This document shows positions 13,615-26,080 of a stretch of DNA of 64,000 nucleotides, one piece after another. Below the pieces are notes generated by a model. That model did no database searches and was not told the origin of the DNA. It saw only the letters and a program-made list of their open reading frames with translations. Position 1 is the stretch's first letter, and every line of letters begins with the position of its first letter. Origin of the DNA: Eledone cirrhosa (lineage: Eukaryota); NCBI GenBank assembly GCA_964016885.1, contig OZ024746.1:67952001-68016000 (forward strand), read 5' to 3'. A program made the translations under genes and the position numbers.

Positions 13615-13820
13615 TGCTGCGGTCAACTTTGCCTTTCCTCAATAAAGTAAAGTCCATTATATCAACCCCAGTACTTGACTGCCACTTTATTTCATAGATC
13701 CTGGAAGGATGAAATTCAAAGTTGACATCAGCCTGATTTGAACTCAGAATGTAAAAAGCAGGAGCAAATGCAGCAAAGCATGTTGTCCAATGCTCTAACA
13801 ATTCTGCCAAGCCATTTCCC
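13615..13820 (-). mobile_element. SINE family 1 copy/copies (diverged)
   Basis: ggaaggatgaaattcaaagttgac...gatttgaactcagaatgtaaa. Confidence 0.65.
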
Positions 13821-16159
13821 CAGCAAAAGATAATAATGCACACAATGAAATATAAAGAAGCATATATGTATACTTTTTATGGTGGAATATTTGGTAAGTT
13901 CTTAGTGATTTGCATTGACAACCTAATATTCATTCAAGATTGTAACTATACATTTGACAGAAATAGTACATTTGTGAATGGAGTCAGATAAAGTAGGTAG
14001 TTAGTAGGATATTCTAGGTTAGATACTGCTTTGGTTTCTGATAACTACTTGAATACTGAAGTTTGAATGACAGGTAAATTGATGTGTATTCTAATTAAAA
14101 TTTGTGTAAATAGAAACTCAAAGATAAATATAAGTATGGTTTCTTTTAAAATTTAGGTTTTAGGGATTCTTGGTTTGCTGAAATAATATATATTCTGTAG
14201 CATGCAACCACAGCTCAGTATACTGAAGTAGTTTAACAGTTATTATAGATAAATAAATCATTAAAGCTAAATAATAGTGTTTAACTAAAAAATATCAAAA
14301 GGGAATAACTAACTGTGATTTCATAAATCTACTTATACAAAAAATATAAATAAATACATTCGCAAACTAAATTCTTGTGATAACAAAACTAGAGACAGAT
14401 TTCTAATAAAAATACAAACAAAGCTAAATCAAATACAACACAAACCATTGTTTTTAAACCACTAGAGCAATTACAACTGTTATCTTTCAGAATCTTCTCA
14501 TACCCAATTACAATATTTTTTTCCCCAAGATTCAGAATTCATAAGCTGAAGCAATATTATCAAAATAGGTTGGAATGATCATATAATGCTGATTGCCATG
14601 TCTGCTGCCTAGGAAATCTTTCAAATCTACCAGTTGGCCTGGTATTGAGTACTGTTGCTACATTCGGTCTGGTGCTATTTCTATGCACTTTGAGAATTTG
14701 AATCACCAACATTATTGGTCCTGACATATAATGCCAGCTTCAATCACTATCACACTGTCAAAATGTTGCCTCTCTGTGCCTTTTCTATAAATATTTTCAT
14801 TGAAATTGTTCTGATGAGCTTTCCTCGTTGTTGCTTTGTCTTCATAAGTTTAAACATAGTACCAAATTTGCAGCTAGGTCTCATCCCTCTACAGTTGAAG
14901 TTTCTAAATATAATCATAAATTCTATTCTGATAGTTTCTTCCCTTGCACATGACACCTATGAGTTGGCAAGATGAGATTTGGCAGTGAATATAGTCTGTT
15001 GGTAGTGGATCAACACTGCTCTGCCCTCGCCTTCTGTTTATTCATTCTCTTCCAGGCCATAATTAAGCACTCAGTCCACATTGTAAAGTAGTCATGTAGG
15101 CATCATGAAAAAAAGCACCCAGTACTCATTGTAAATGAGATTGGCACTAGGAAGGGCATCCAGCTGTAGAAACCAAGCCAAAATCGGTTCTGTGTGAGCT
15201 TGAAATGGTCACCTGACCTAGCATTGCTCACAATAGGATAACTTACCTAGCCCATGCCAGCAGGGATAAATGGACATTAAACGGTGATGAGGATGATGAT
15301 GATATATACATAAAACACCCATTATATCTACATATAAGTTACTAATGTAACACATATACATAAAATACAAACATTATATATAACATAAAAAATATTTTGA
15401 AAAATTTAATATACTCACAGTACACACATATATATATAAAACGCATACATTACATTTACATATAATAATGTTACACATTATATCTACATATAATATAGTA
15501 TTGGTACACATATACATAGAATGCACACATTATATCTAATGGTATACATATACATAGAACAAACATTATATCTAAAAATGTTCAAATATATGCAGATCAT
15601 GAAAAACTGATATTACAGAATATCTAGTCTGAGAGTCTCAGTAGATAGAGTTTTTAATGTTTTAATCATCAGAAATATATAGAAAATGGTTTCATAGTAA
15701 ATAAACAAAAAAATTTAAACTTTCTTTAACTGGATTATATATGCATATATATATATGTCTGTGTTTGTATATATGTGTTTGTATATTCACTAGTATATGG
15801 GCATGTTTGTGTAGCTACACGTGTTCATATGATATATTTATTCTAACACACATATAACCAGGTATGGGTAGACAGATATAAAGTCAATAAATATACATAG
15901 GAATATGTGTGTGTGTGTATGTATGTATGTGTGTATGTATATGTGTGTACATATGTCTGTGTATGTGTGTATGTGTGTGTATGCGTCATCATCATTTTAC
16001 GTCCGCTTTTCCCTGCTTGCAAGGGTGGGATGGGAACTGATTCTGGCTTGATTTCTACAGCTGGATGCTCTTCCTAACACCAACCTCATTTACAGTGAGT
16101 TCTGGGTGCTTTTTTGCTGTGGCACCTCCACGACCACTTTGCAGTGGAATGATATGACC

Positions 16160-16320
16160 CCCAGTCCCTATCATCTCATTTCTACAGCTGAGTAAACTGG
16201 AGCAATGTGAAATAAAGTGTCTTGCTCAAGGAAACAACACATCACCTGGTCTGAGAATTGAACTCACAACCTTTCGATTGCAAGGCCAATGCTCTAATCA
16301 CTAAGCCATGTGCCTGCATG
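16160..16320 (-). mobile_element. SINE family 2 copy
   Basis: gtgaaataaagtgtcttgctcaagga...gaattgaactcacaacc. Another copy lies at about 17080-17330. Confidence 0.7.
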
Positions 16321-16482
16321 TATATATATATATGTATGTATGTGTATGTATGTATGTATATCATCATCATCGTTTAACGTCTATCTTCCATGCTATTATA
16401 TATATATATGTTTGTTTGTATGTATGTGTATGTGCAGAAGAATGAGACCAACAGTAATAATGATGAATCTTATCCAGCGTTA

Positions 16483-16788
16483 GTTTTCAAATGTCCTGTG
16501 TGCCCTAATGTGTAATTTTCAAACACTGGCTTGAGGTCACAACAATGAGCACACGATGCTAAAGTCAAAGTTGACTATACAAACTTCATTGCAGAGTTCC
16601 AGTGCCATGCTTGTCAGGAAATTTGCAAATCTGGAGGTGGGTTGAAGGGACATATGAACATACACAATAAGTAAACCCAGAGTGGAAACAAGAATGAAAT
16701 GAGACATCATTGTATTATTTGTGGACGGGTGTTTCACAAGCTTTCAGGACTCAAAAGCCATTTGAGATCTCTTGCCAGGAAGGAATAG
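16483..16788 (+). pseudogene. Decayed triple C2H2 zinc-finger reading frame, probably the C-terminus of a LINE ORF
   Basis: One frame with three internal stops: FKCPVCPNV*FSNTGLRSQQ*AH...FQCHACQEICKSGGGLKGHMNIH...HCIICGRVFHKLSGLKSHLRS. No TGEKP linkers. Confidence 0.7.
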
Positions 16789-17864
16789 ACATAAAGTGCA
16801 AGAAGTAGTCAAGCTTTGTATGGAGCAGACGACCTTCACTACATGTAATATATGTATGTTTGTATATAATGTATGTATGTATACATGTATGCATTTATGT
16901 ATGTATGCTTATATGTGTATTTGTGTATGTGTGCATGTTTTACAGGTTTTCTCAAACAAGTTACAAATATTAACTTCCTTATAAATAGATATACTCACAT
17001 AGAATGGTACAATCTAAATATACATCAATAGCTACATAACTACTTCTAGTTACACCTATATATAACATATATATCAATTGAATCGATCAACAAGATCCCA
17101 GATCTCATTTTCTTACTGAGTTGGGCAGAACTCATCAAATTAGACAAAGGAAACAATGTTCAATTGCTCTTTCTATTGTTAATGTTATCTACTGGTCACA
17201 GCCCCGGCAGAAATAGCAACGTAAAATAACGTGTCTTGCTCAATGGCAACACATCGCCCAATCTGGGAATCGAACTCACAACCCCACAATTGTGAATTCA
17301 ATTCTCTAACCACTAAGCCATATATCTTCACTAACATATACATACTTATATATATATCGACTACTGAGAATTCCTTTTTTACAATTTATATAGTGTTTAA
17401 CTCACTTCATACTGGAATATATTTCAAATAACATATATATGAAAATGATACCATAGAATTTATAATAAAAACCATAAACATTTATCACCATCATCACTAT
17501 CACCATCTCCATTAACCCTGTCATTACCATCACCAAACATGCACATACATTCATACATACACACAAATTCCATCACCATCAACGATGCCATCATTTTTTG
17601 GGAGGAAGAAACTTTATTTCTTATTAGTATTAACACTAACATCTTGTTGCCTGCAGTGTTAGTCAATAAGGAAGCCAATGATGGATTTATTCAAGACTTC
17701 TTTGGAAGCAGAGTGGTGCAAGGTAGCTGCAGGTGGAGAGGGATTTTTGTATGGATTTCTGAACCAGAGCATTTGATCGAGTTTATGTAGCAAGTAATCA
17801 CATTTATGAGAAAGATGATAAGAAATCTGTTAAAAATGTCTTGATTAATAGCTATAGTATGGTA

Positions 17865-17895
<31 letters not shown>

Positions 17896-17908
17896 CATTA
17901 TATATATA

Positions 17909-18306
17909 TGGCGGTGAATTGGCAGTATCGGTAGAGGGTCGGACGCCATGCTTTGACGCATAGAGTTACGGCCCTTGCCATTCTGAGTTCAAATCCCGCC
18001 GAGGTTAACTTTGCCTTTCATCCTTACGGGGTCGATAAAATAAAGTACCAGTAATACACTGGGTAACGGCTGGCCTTGTGCCTCATGTAGAAATAATTAT
18101 ATATATATATATATGTGGGCGGTGGATTGGCAGTATCGGTAGAGGGTCGGACGCCATGCTTTCCAGCATAGTTACATCCCTTTACGATCTGAGTTCAAAT
18201 CCTGCCGAGGTTGACTTTGCCTTTCATCCTTACGGGGTCGATAAAATAAAGTACCAGTAATGCACTGGGTAATTGCTGGCCTTGTGCCTAAAGTAGAAAC
18301 AATTAT
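17909..18306 (+). mobile_element. Two head-to-tail young SINE family 1 copies
   Basis: Each has A-box TGGCAGTATCGG, B-box GAGTTCAAATCC, central gcctttcatccttacggggtcgataaaataaagtaccag and 3' end gtagaaa(c/t)aattat. Confidence 0.9.
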
Positions 18307-18502
18307 ATGTATGTATATATGTATATATATGTATGTATATATATTTATATGTATATATATGTGTATATATATATATATATGTGTATATATGTGTATATAT
18401 GTATATATCTGTATATGTATGTGTATATGTGTATATGTGTATATATGTATATATGTGTATAGCATGGTAGATAGATGTTAAATGATGATGATGATATATA
18501 TA

Positions 18503-19055
18503 TCATCATCATCATCATTTTACATCTGCTTTCCTCTGCTAGCGAGGGTTGAACGGGTCCTATTCAGCACAGCATCACTCCACTTGTCACAGTCTCCTCG
18601 GTGAGTTTCAGCAATCTGAGGTCTGCTCTCACCACCTCCGCCCATGTTTTTCGTGGTCTAACTCTACTGCATCTTCCTTCTACTGGGATTTCTTGGCACT
18701 TCTTTACCCAGCGGTCATCTCCATGCGCATCACATGTCCATACCATCTCAGCCTTCTCTTCTGCACACCACAACTTATCCCTCTTATACACAGTTTCTTT
18801 CTCAACTCGTCTATGCTTGGTTGTTCATGCACATTGACATTGCACATCCAACGGAGCATACTTGCTTCATTTTTCTCCAGCCATCGCATATCCTCTGCAG
18901 TTGCTACCCATGTCTCACTACCATGCATCATATAACCGTCCTTTCGTACGCAGGGAGAAAGCCTTCGTTGTCAACAAAGGAAGCAGCTCCCTAAACTTCT
19001 TCCAACCCGTCCTTATTCTAGATACTATGGCCTCGGAACACCCCCCCCCCCCCCG
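18503..19055 (-). mobile_element. RTE subfamily C 3' fragment
   Basis: ORFs with [22 protein letters not shown] and HGSETW...RLRWYGHVMRM. (CAT)n tail at 18503-18520. Confidence 0.9.
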
Positions 19056-19204
19056 CCTATGCTTAATCTGTGTGTGTGTGTATATGTATGTATATACATA
19101 TATATACATATATATATACACACACACACACATATATATATGTGTGTGTATATGTATATATGTGTATATATATATATATATATGTGTGTATATATGTATG
19201 TATA

Positions 19205-19289
<85 letters not shown>

Positions 19290-19295
<6 letters not shown>

Positions 19296-19842
19296 ATAGA
19301 CGGTAGTCACGGAATAGGCAGACCTAGAAAAACCTGGGACGAGCTGATAAACTCCGACATCACACACTTACACCTCTCCAAGACAATGTCACTGGACCGA
19401 GACCTTTGGCGGTACTCAGTAACAGAGAAGACCCGCCTTACCTAAATATATAGTAAAACCTACTCCAGCCAGTAGGCATCTCTAACAAAATACACCCCGT
19501 CCCACCACCACCATCCCCACCCCATCCACACCACCCCGTTCTATGTAAAGTTATGTTGGTGCCGCGCCATCGAGGCCGAAACAAATGAGATCGTGTAGGT
19601 GTCACGACAAAAAACACACAGTCCACGCTGTAATGTGGCCGTGTAGGCAACACGGTAAAAACCTCCCAGACCCACACTGTAAATGTGGTTGGTGTTAGGA
19701 AGGGCATCCAACTGTAGAAAACCTGCCAGACAGTCCTATGCGAGCAAGACAATCACTCTTGCCTCAAGTGGGACTACCCCCGTCAAAACCCATGCAAGCG
19801 TGGAACACGGACGTTAAACGTTGATGATGATGATGATGATGA
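19290..19842 (+). mobile_element. RTE subfamily B 3' fragment, 5'-truncated
   Basis: [22 protein letters not shown]...KTRLT*, then 3' UTR and (GAT)n tail. Nearly identical to 40255-40808. Confidence 0.92.
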
Positions 19843-19885
19843 TATATATGTATATATATATGTGTGTGTATATATATAAATTTGT

Positions 19886-22876
19886 ATCATCATCATCACC
19901 GTTTTACGTCCGTTCTTCCATGCTAGCATGGGTTAGACGGGTTGTCCTGTTGTGGCAGTGTCTGGTCGGCTGACCATGTCTTGCTCATACAGGAACTGTT
20001 TTTGGCTTGATTTCTACAGCTGGATGCCCTTCCTAACACCAACCTCATTTACAGTGAGTACTGGGTGCTTTTTTCCATGGTGCCTACATGTCCACTTTAG
20101 AGTGTGGGCTGGGTGCTTTTTTGCCGTGACACCTCCACGACCAATTAGCAGTGGGAGGGTGTGGGGCATATTGTCTATATGCTTCAGCTTGTACTCATGG
20201 GAGGTCAGGTACTCTGTATTACTGCGTGACGCCAGAGGTCACGGTAGTGTGTTATCGCCTTTGAGAGGTGTAATTGGGTAAGTTCGGCTTTTATCACATC
20301 ATCCCAGGTTTTCTTGGGTCTCCCCACTCCGCGGTTTCCATTGACTTCTAGTGCTCTGCACTTTTTTATGCAGCTGTCATCCTTCATACGCATCACATGT
20401 CCATACCAATGCAACCGCCTCTCCTGCACACAGCATTTGATTCCTCTTATGCTCAGTCTCTCTCTCAATTCATTTATGCTTTGCCGTTTGCGTATATTAC
20501 TATTACACATCCATCGGAGCATGCAGACTTCGTTTCTTTCTAATCTACGTAAGTCTTCCACCTTCAGCGCCAAGGTCTCACTACCATGTAACATTGTTCT
20601 TCGTATACATGCATCATACAGTCTGCCTTTCATTTTGAGGGAGAAGCCTTTTGCAGCTAGCAGTGGCATTAGTTCCCTGAACAACTTCCATCCCGTTCTT
20701 ACCCTAGTTATTGTACTTTCTGAACACTCACCTCCGCTGCTAATTTGGTCACCTAGGTAGCAGAAGCTGTCTACTGTTTCTACAGAGCCCTCCCAGAAAT
20801 TGGTGGTACTTGTTTCCTGTGGCTGCTTGCTGTCCCAGCACAGCTGCTACATGTGAAACCTACATTCTTAATTAAGCTTCCTGAGATCCCGCTACATCTC
20901 TTGTGTACCCATTGTTTGCATTTGGGTAAGAGAATGGAGTTCCTACCTACACCTTTCCTACATACTGAGCAAGGCCATTTCCCTGAGGGGATCTGGGTTC
21001 TGTTTTCTAGTCTACTTACAAGGACCTTAGTCTTTATCAGGTTGACTTTGAGACCCTTTCTTTCTAGTCCTTGCTTCCAAGTTTGAAATTTATTCTCTAG
21101 TTCTACCATAGATTCAGCTATAAGTGTGAGGTCACCTGCATACAGGAGTTCCCATGGGCATCCGGTCTTCAACTCTTCTGTTATTGACTGCAGGACTATG
21201 ATGAACAGGAGAGCACTAAGAACAGAGCCCTGGTGGACACCAACCTGTACGCTAAATTCCTCGCTATACTCATTGCTAATCCTAACTTTGCTGATTGCTC
21301 CCCTATACATGGGTTGTACAGCTTTCACAAGCCATTCATCTACTCATAGTTTTCTAAGAGCCCACCAGATTATAGCACGTGGAACTCTGCCAAAGGCTTT
21401 CTCGAGATCGACGAATGCCAGATAGAGTGGGTTACTTTTAGCTAGGTACTTTTCCTGTAACTGCCTCACACGGAAGAGGGCATCAGTGGTGCCTCTTCCT
21501 GGTACAAACCCAAATTGCATCTCATCTAGTTTCACCCGGTCCCTAATCAGCTGTGCTATAACTCTTTCTGTTACTTTCATGACCTGGTCCATCAGCTTTA
21601 TACCTCTATAGTTTCCTCTATCTAGTGCATCACCTTTACCTTTGTAGCAGTTGACAATGATGCTACTGCACCAATCTTTTGGTATGACACCTTCTAGTAT
21701 TACCTGGTTAACAATACATGTGGTTATAGTGTGACCTACAGACCCAGATGCCTTCAGCATCTCGGCAGCTATACCCAATGGACCGATTGCCTTCCCCATC
21801 TTCATATCTTTGATTACCTTACTTACTACGCTGCTGCTGACTTGTACTGCTGACCCCTCTATAGGGTCTACTTGAGGTAGGGTCTCTTCTTCCCATGCAT
21901 TCTCCTCATTTAGTAATCTTTCCTAATGGCTCTTCCATGCATCTTTCTTCTCAGCACTTGTGAGGGCAAGCTCACCTTTATCATTCCAGATACACTTCTC
22001 TCCAATGACATCACTGACACACTGCCTCGCAATCTTGAACACCTCCTATTTCTGCTCCTCACATTGCAAAACATGCTTGAATTTTCTATCCTCTGCTTCC
22101 CTCCTAGCTAACTATACTTGTTGCCTAGCTTCCCTCTTGGTCTCTATGTAATGTACCCTGCTTCCCCCGTTCTTCCATTCTTTCCATGCCTGTCTCTTGG
22201 CCTTAACTGCCTCATCTACCTTATTGTTCCACCACCAAGTCACTCTCCTCCTGCTTGTGGTAAGTTATTTTTTAGGAACTCCCAGTGCTCTTCTACATTG
22301 AATGTCTCTATCTGTTCTTCTTTGCTGTTGTAGGCATTGAGTAAAATATCTTTAAATCTGTTACTGGCTGAGGGGTCTTTCAGCTTCCAGATCTTTCTTC
22401 TCCAGGTTGGCCTCTGTTTCCAGGTTAGTCTAGTTCTGACGGTGAGGTCGCTGACAACTAAGCTATATTGGGAGGTACATTCCTCACTAGGGAAGGGTTT
22501 TGTGTTTATAACCGTCCATCTGCCACGTCCTCTGATGAGGATAAAATCTATCTGACTAGAATGCTCCCTTGATCTATAGGTGATCAGGTGGTTGTCGGGT
22601 TTTTTGAAGTTTGTGTTATATATCGAAATGTCATTGGCGTCGCAGAATTCTAGAAGTCTGAATCCTTCTTCATTTCTTGTGCCAACCCCATGGCCTCCAT
22701 GGACTCTATAGAAGCTGTCATAGTGTTTACCTACATGTCCGTTAAAATCTCCTGCAATGATTAGGAAGTCATTGTCGTTTGTTAGAGCAGTAGTGTGCAT
22801 TAGGGACTCATAAAACCTATCCTTAAGTTCGTCTGGCAACCCCGATTGTGGTACGTATGCTGATATTATTGTGGTT
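19886..22876 (-). mobile_element. RTE-clade LINE, subfamily A, ~3 kb, 5'-truncated and inactivated
   Basis: AP-endonuclease motifs GDFNGHVG and SQIDFIL (22240-22839). RT motifs NYRGIKL, FVDLEKAF and QGSVLS, with YADD mutated to YAGD. PHD-like insert, C-terminal RLHWYGHVMRM, 3' UTR and (GAT)n tail. Several stops and frameshifts. Confidence 0.95.
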
Positions 22877-23461
22877 TTATATATTTATATATGTATATAA
22901 ATAAATATATTTCTCTTTCTCATTTTCTCTCTCTCTACCTCTATATCTATGTATCTATCTATCTATCTGTGCCTCTCTCCTCCCTCTCTCTCTCCATATA
23001 TATATTTATAGAGAGAGAGAGAGAAAGAGAGAGGAAGATAGTGAGGGAAGATAGAGAAAACGAGAGGTGAGAGTGAGAGAGAAAGTGGTTGCCATGGTGA
23101 TATTGGCAAAAAATCCTAATACAGAATTATATAAAGTTTATTGTAACCCTTTGTAAATTAAGAACATTTTATATTTCAAACTTTTATTCCTGCATATGTC
23201 AAGAATATATGTATGGTATTCAAAATTTCAGCAATCAAATTTCAGTTTGAAATATAATTATAGATTTTTTTAAATGTTTGCTCTTTTTTTTAGAGCTTTT
23301 CCACATGAAATATATTATTCTGAATTTTTTTACTTCAATAAATTCAACTGATTTTTAAAATATATTTTTTTTTAGTTCCATGCCAAACTTATCAATTAAT
23401 CCAATTAGATTAATGCTCAAAGATGATCCAGCCATGATGATCCCATTTTTATACAGATTTT

Positions 23462-23665
23462 GTGAAGGCATGTGGCTGAGTTGTTAGAGAATTGGATTCG
23501 CAATCGTGAGGTTGTGAGTTCGATTCCTGGACCAGCCGATGCGTTATGTCCTTTAGCGAGACACTTTATTTCACGTTGCTCCATCTACCTGGAGTTGCAA
23601 CCGATAGATAGTATTAGCAACATTGTTTCCTTGGTCCAATTTGATGAAAGTCGATCAACTGTCGA
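23462..23665 (+). mobile_element. tRNA-derived SINE family 2 (CORE-like central region)
   Basis: A-box TGGCTGAGTTG, anticodon-like arm gattcgcaatc, B-box GAGTTCGATTCC, then tgtcctttagcgagacactttatttcacgttgctcc. Copies lie at 6050, 16160, 17080, 30110 and 63300. Confidence 0.85.
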
Positions 23666-25859
23666 TAGTGTATATATGACAATATTATCTAACATGTTCT
23701 TTTTTTGTAATATAGTAGAGTGTAAGTTGAGGGAGATTTGACTGTTATTTCTAGCAAGCCAAGCAGCTATGTAAAGAGTCTATCACTGGCTATTTGTACA
23801 TTTACATAATTTCTGCAAGAAAATATGAATTATAAGCAAATTGTGACTTCACTTTCTATTCTGTAGGGAAGAGCTAGTCTCAATATAATGAATTTAAAAG
23901 TAGAAGACACAGAAAACAATGTAGTCTTCGATAGACTAAGGATAAATAAAAAACAGTATGGTCAACCTAAGAAAGATTTTTATCATGGACTGTTGGATCC
24001 AATCCTTATAACCTTCAGTTTTAAAAATAGGGCATATTATGTAATGAGTCTCTTGAAGAGGAGGAGCAGGAATTATCATCATCCCCACCATCATCTGCTC
24101 CACATGATTGTATGGGTTGATATGGTCGAAGTAAGTTTTTTCAGAGTTACTGCATTTCCAAAGAAGTTAGAAGACCTTCTCTCACTTGTACACTTCACTA
24201 TTTGGCATGGTTTCTATGGATGGATAGTTTTCTCAATGACAACAACTTTACAGAGTGGATTTAGACAAGGTGCATTTTATCATGGTAGGTACCAGCACAA
24301 GAGAAGTTATCATGTTTTGGGAAAAATTAAAGAGCCCTATGTTATCTCCACTTGATTGTCGACCACTTTATAAAATGGTTGACAATTCTGCCAACCCACA
24401 ACCCTTAACACCAACTCAATAATGAAAAAATTAGTTACATTATTAAATCTCTCCAAATTCTTGATTATAGTCAAAACTATTTGAAAATCATAGACAGTGT
24501 ATTTTATTAGAAATATGGTTAAATTTATATGTCTTAGTCTGAGAAAAATGGCAGTGTCCATAATTTTTAGCTGGCAAACTAAACTGGCAGAAGGGAGTTT
24601 ATTATCTTCAGACTGAAATCTTGACTCAAATGTTTCCAACAAAATGTGCTCAAAAGTTCTAAATGCTTGTTACACCAGTTGACCACCTAAGAATTGACAC
24701 AGTCTATATGATAGGCTTCTGCATAGTATCCATCCTTGTAAATTCATTTACAAGGCTTTGATTAACTTGAAGCTATGATAGAAGATAGAAGTTACACATG
24801 CCCAAGATGTCATGCAAGGGATCAAACTCCAAACTATGTGATTGAGAAATGAACTTCTGAACAATACAACCATGTTTTATACACACTTGTAATGTTTCCA
24901 TGTAAGTTTTTCTATTTTATCTTGCAGCCAAGCCAATGTTTAAGTTTCAGATAGTCTGCCATTTGCATAACATAATAGTCATTCAAATGAATTATAAGAT
25001 AGAATGACAGGAAATTTGTTTTGAGGTTATGTCCACAGAAATATTCAGAGAATGATTAAATATTAATCAAATAATTAAATGTTTTCTAAATGAGAAAAGA
25101 AAAAAAAACAGAAACAAATAAAATAAAAAAAATATTGCAAATGATAGCAAAGAAAAAATAAGAAAGCCTAGTGAATAAATGTAATGAATAGATGTGTAAA
25201 GTTGTTGGTTGTCAATGTTCAGCTGTAGATCAATTCTAATCAGTGAAAAGTATTCTACCTGTAGCCATCAGGTATTATGATGGCATCATGTACCATTACT
25301 TATTTAAAATGGCTGTAATTTAGTTGCTATTTCTAGTAGGTTAAATATTAGTGTAGTGGTAATCTTGTATGGTCATCACTTTATGTTTGTATTCCCTACT
25401 GGCATGAGTTGGGTGGTGTGTTATGGTCAAAGTAGATTTTTATGCTGGGTTTACTGTCCTCTTAAACAGGTTGGGTATCATATTTCACTCATACATTCCA
25501 TTGCAGCATCGTTTCAACAGGTAGATGATCTTCCTAATACAAACATCTTTACAGAGTATACTGGGTGATTTTTATCTTGGCATCAGCACTGGAGATGTTG
25601 TTTTGACCTCAACAAAGCTGAAGATATTTCGCTAATATTTTTTTAATTTATATCTGTAACTAGATTTCGTAAAAATAATAATAATAATAATTGTTTCTAC
25701 TTTTGGCACAAGGCCAGCAATTAACCAGTAGATTACTGGTACTTTATTTTATCGACCCCATAAGGATGAAAGGCAAAGTTATAATAATGACAACTATAAT
25801 AACGGCAATAATGAAAAAAAAGGAAGCAAAAGGAAAGAAAGAATAGGAAAATATAGAGA

Positions 25860-26080
25860 AAAAGAGAATGGGAAGTGGAGGGGATGGCAAGAGCTCTGGT
25901 GTCATAGAAGAGGGGGGGGGGTGAAGGGAGAGGGTGATTGGGCTTTGGGCCTAGGGCAAGGGGGCAAGACTGCTGCACCCTGCAGACAAGACGGCAAAAG
26001 CATTCCCGTGGACGATGGCCAGTGACACCCGCTGCAACAGCCACCCAACCTCACAGGCTCCCTCCTCAGATGGGCCGATG
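25860..26080 (-). mobile_element. 3' end of a CRE-like (restriction-like endonuclease) non-LTR retrotransposon
   Basis: Minus strand reads EVGWLLQRVSLAIVHGNAFAVL, resembling the QRISxAIQRGNA C-terminal motif, followed by a pyrimidine-rich tail. A second copy lies at 44640-44963. Confidence 0.65.

Noticed and set aside
14480-15000. Possible old LINE endonuclease fragment on the minus strand (IFRNFNCRG)
   Set aside because: Too degenerate to support by eye.
23462-23535. tRNA-like sequence with A/B boxes and anticodon arm
   Set aside because: No acceptor-stem pairing, and it continues into a repeated SINE body. It is a SINE head, not a tRNA gene.
23888-24642. 155-aa (+) and 101-aa (-) ORFs, the latter containing CQP
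   Set aside because: They overlap decayed RTE-UTR sequence and lack splice signals. The true CQP exon is at 47534-47585.
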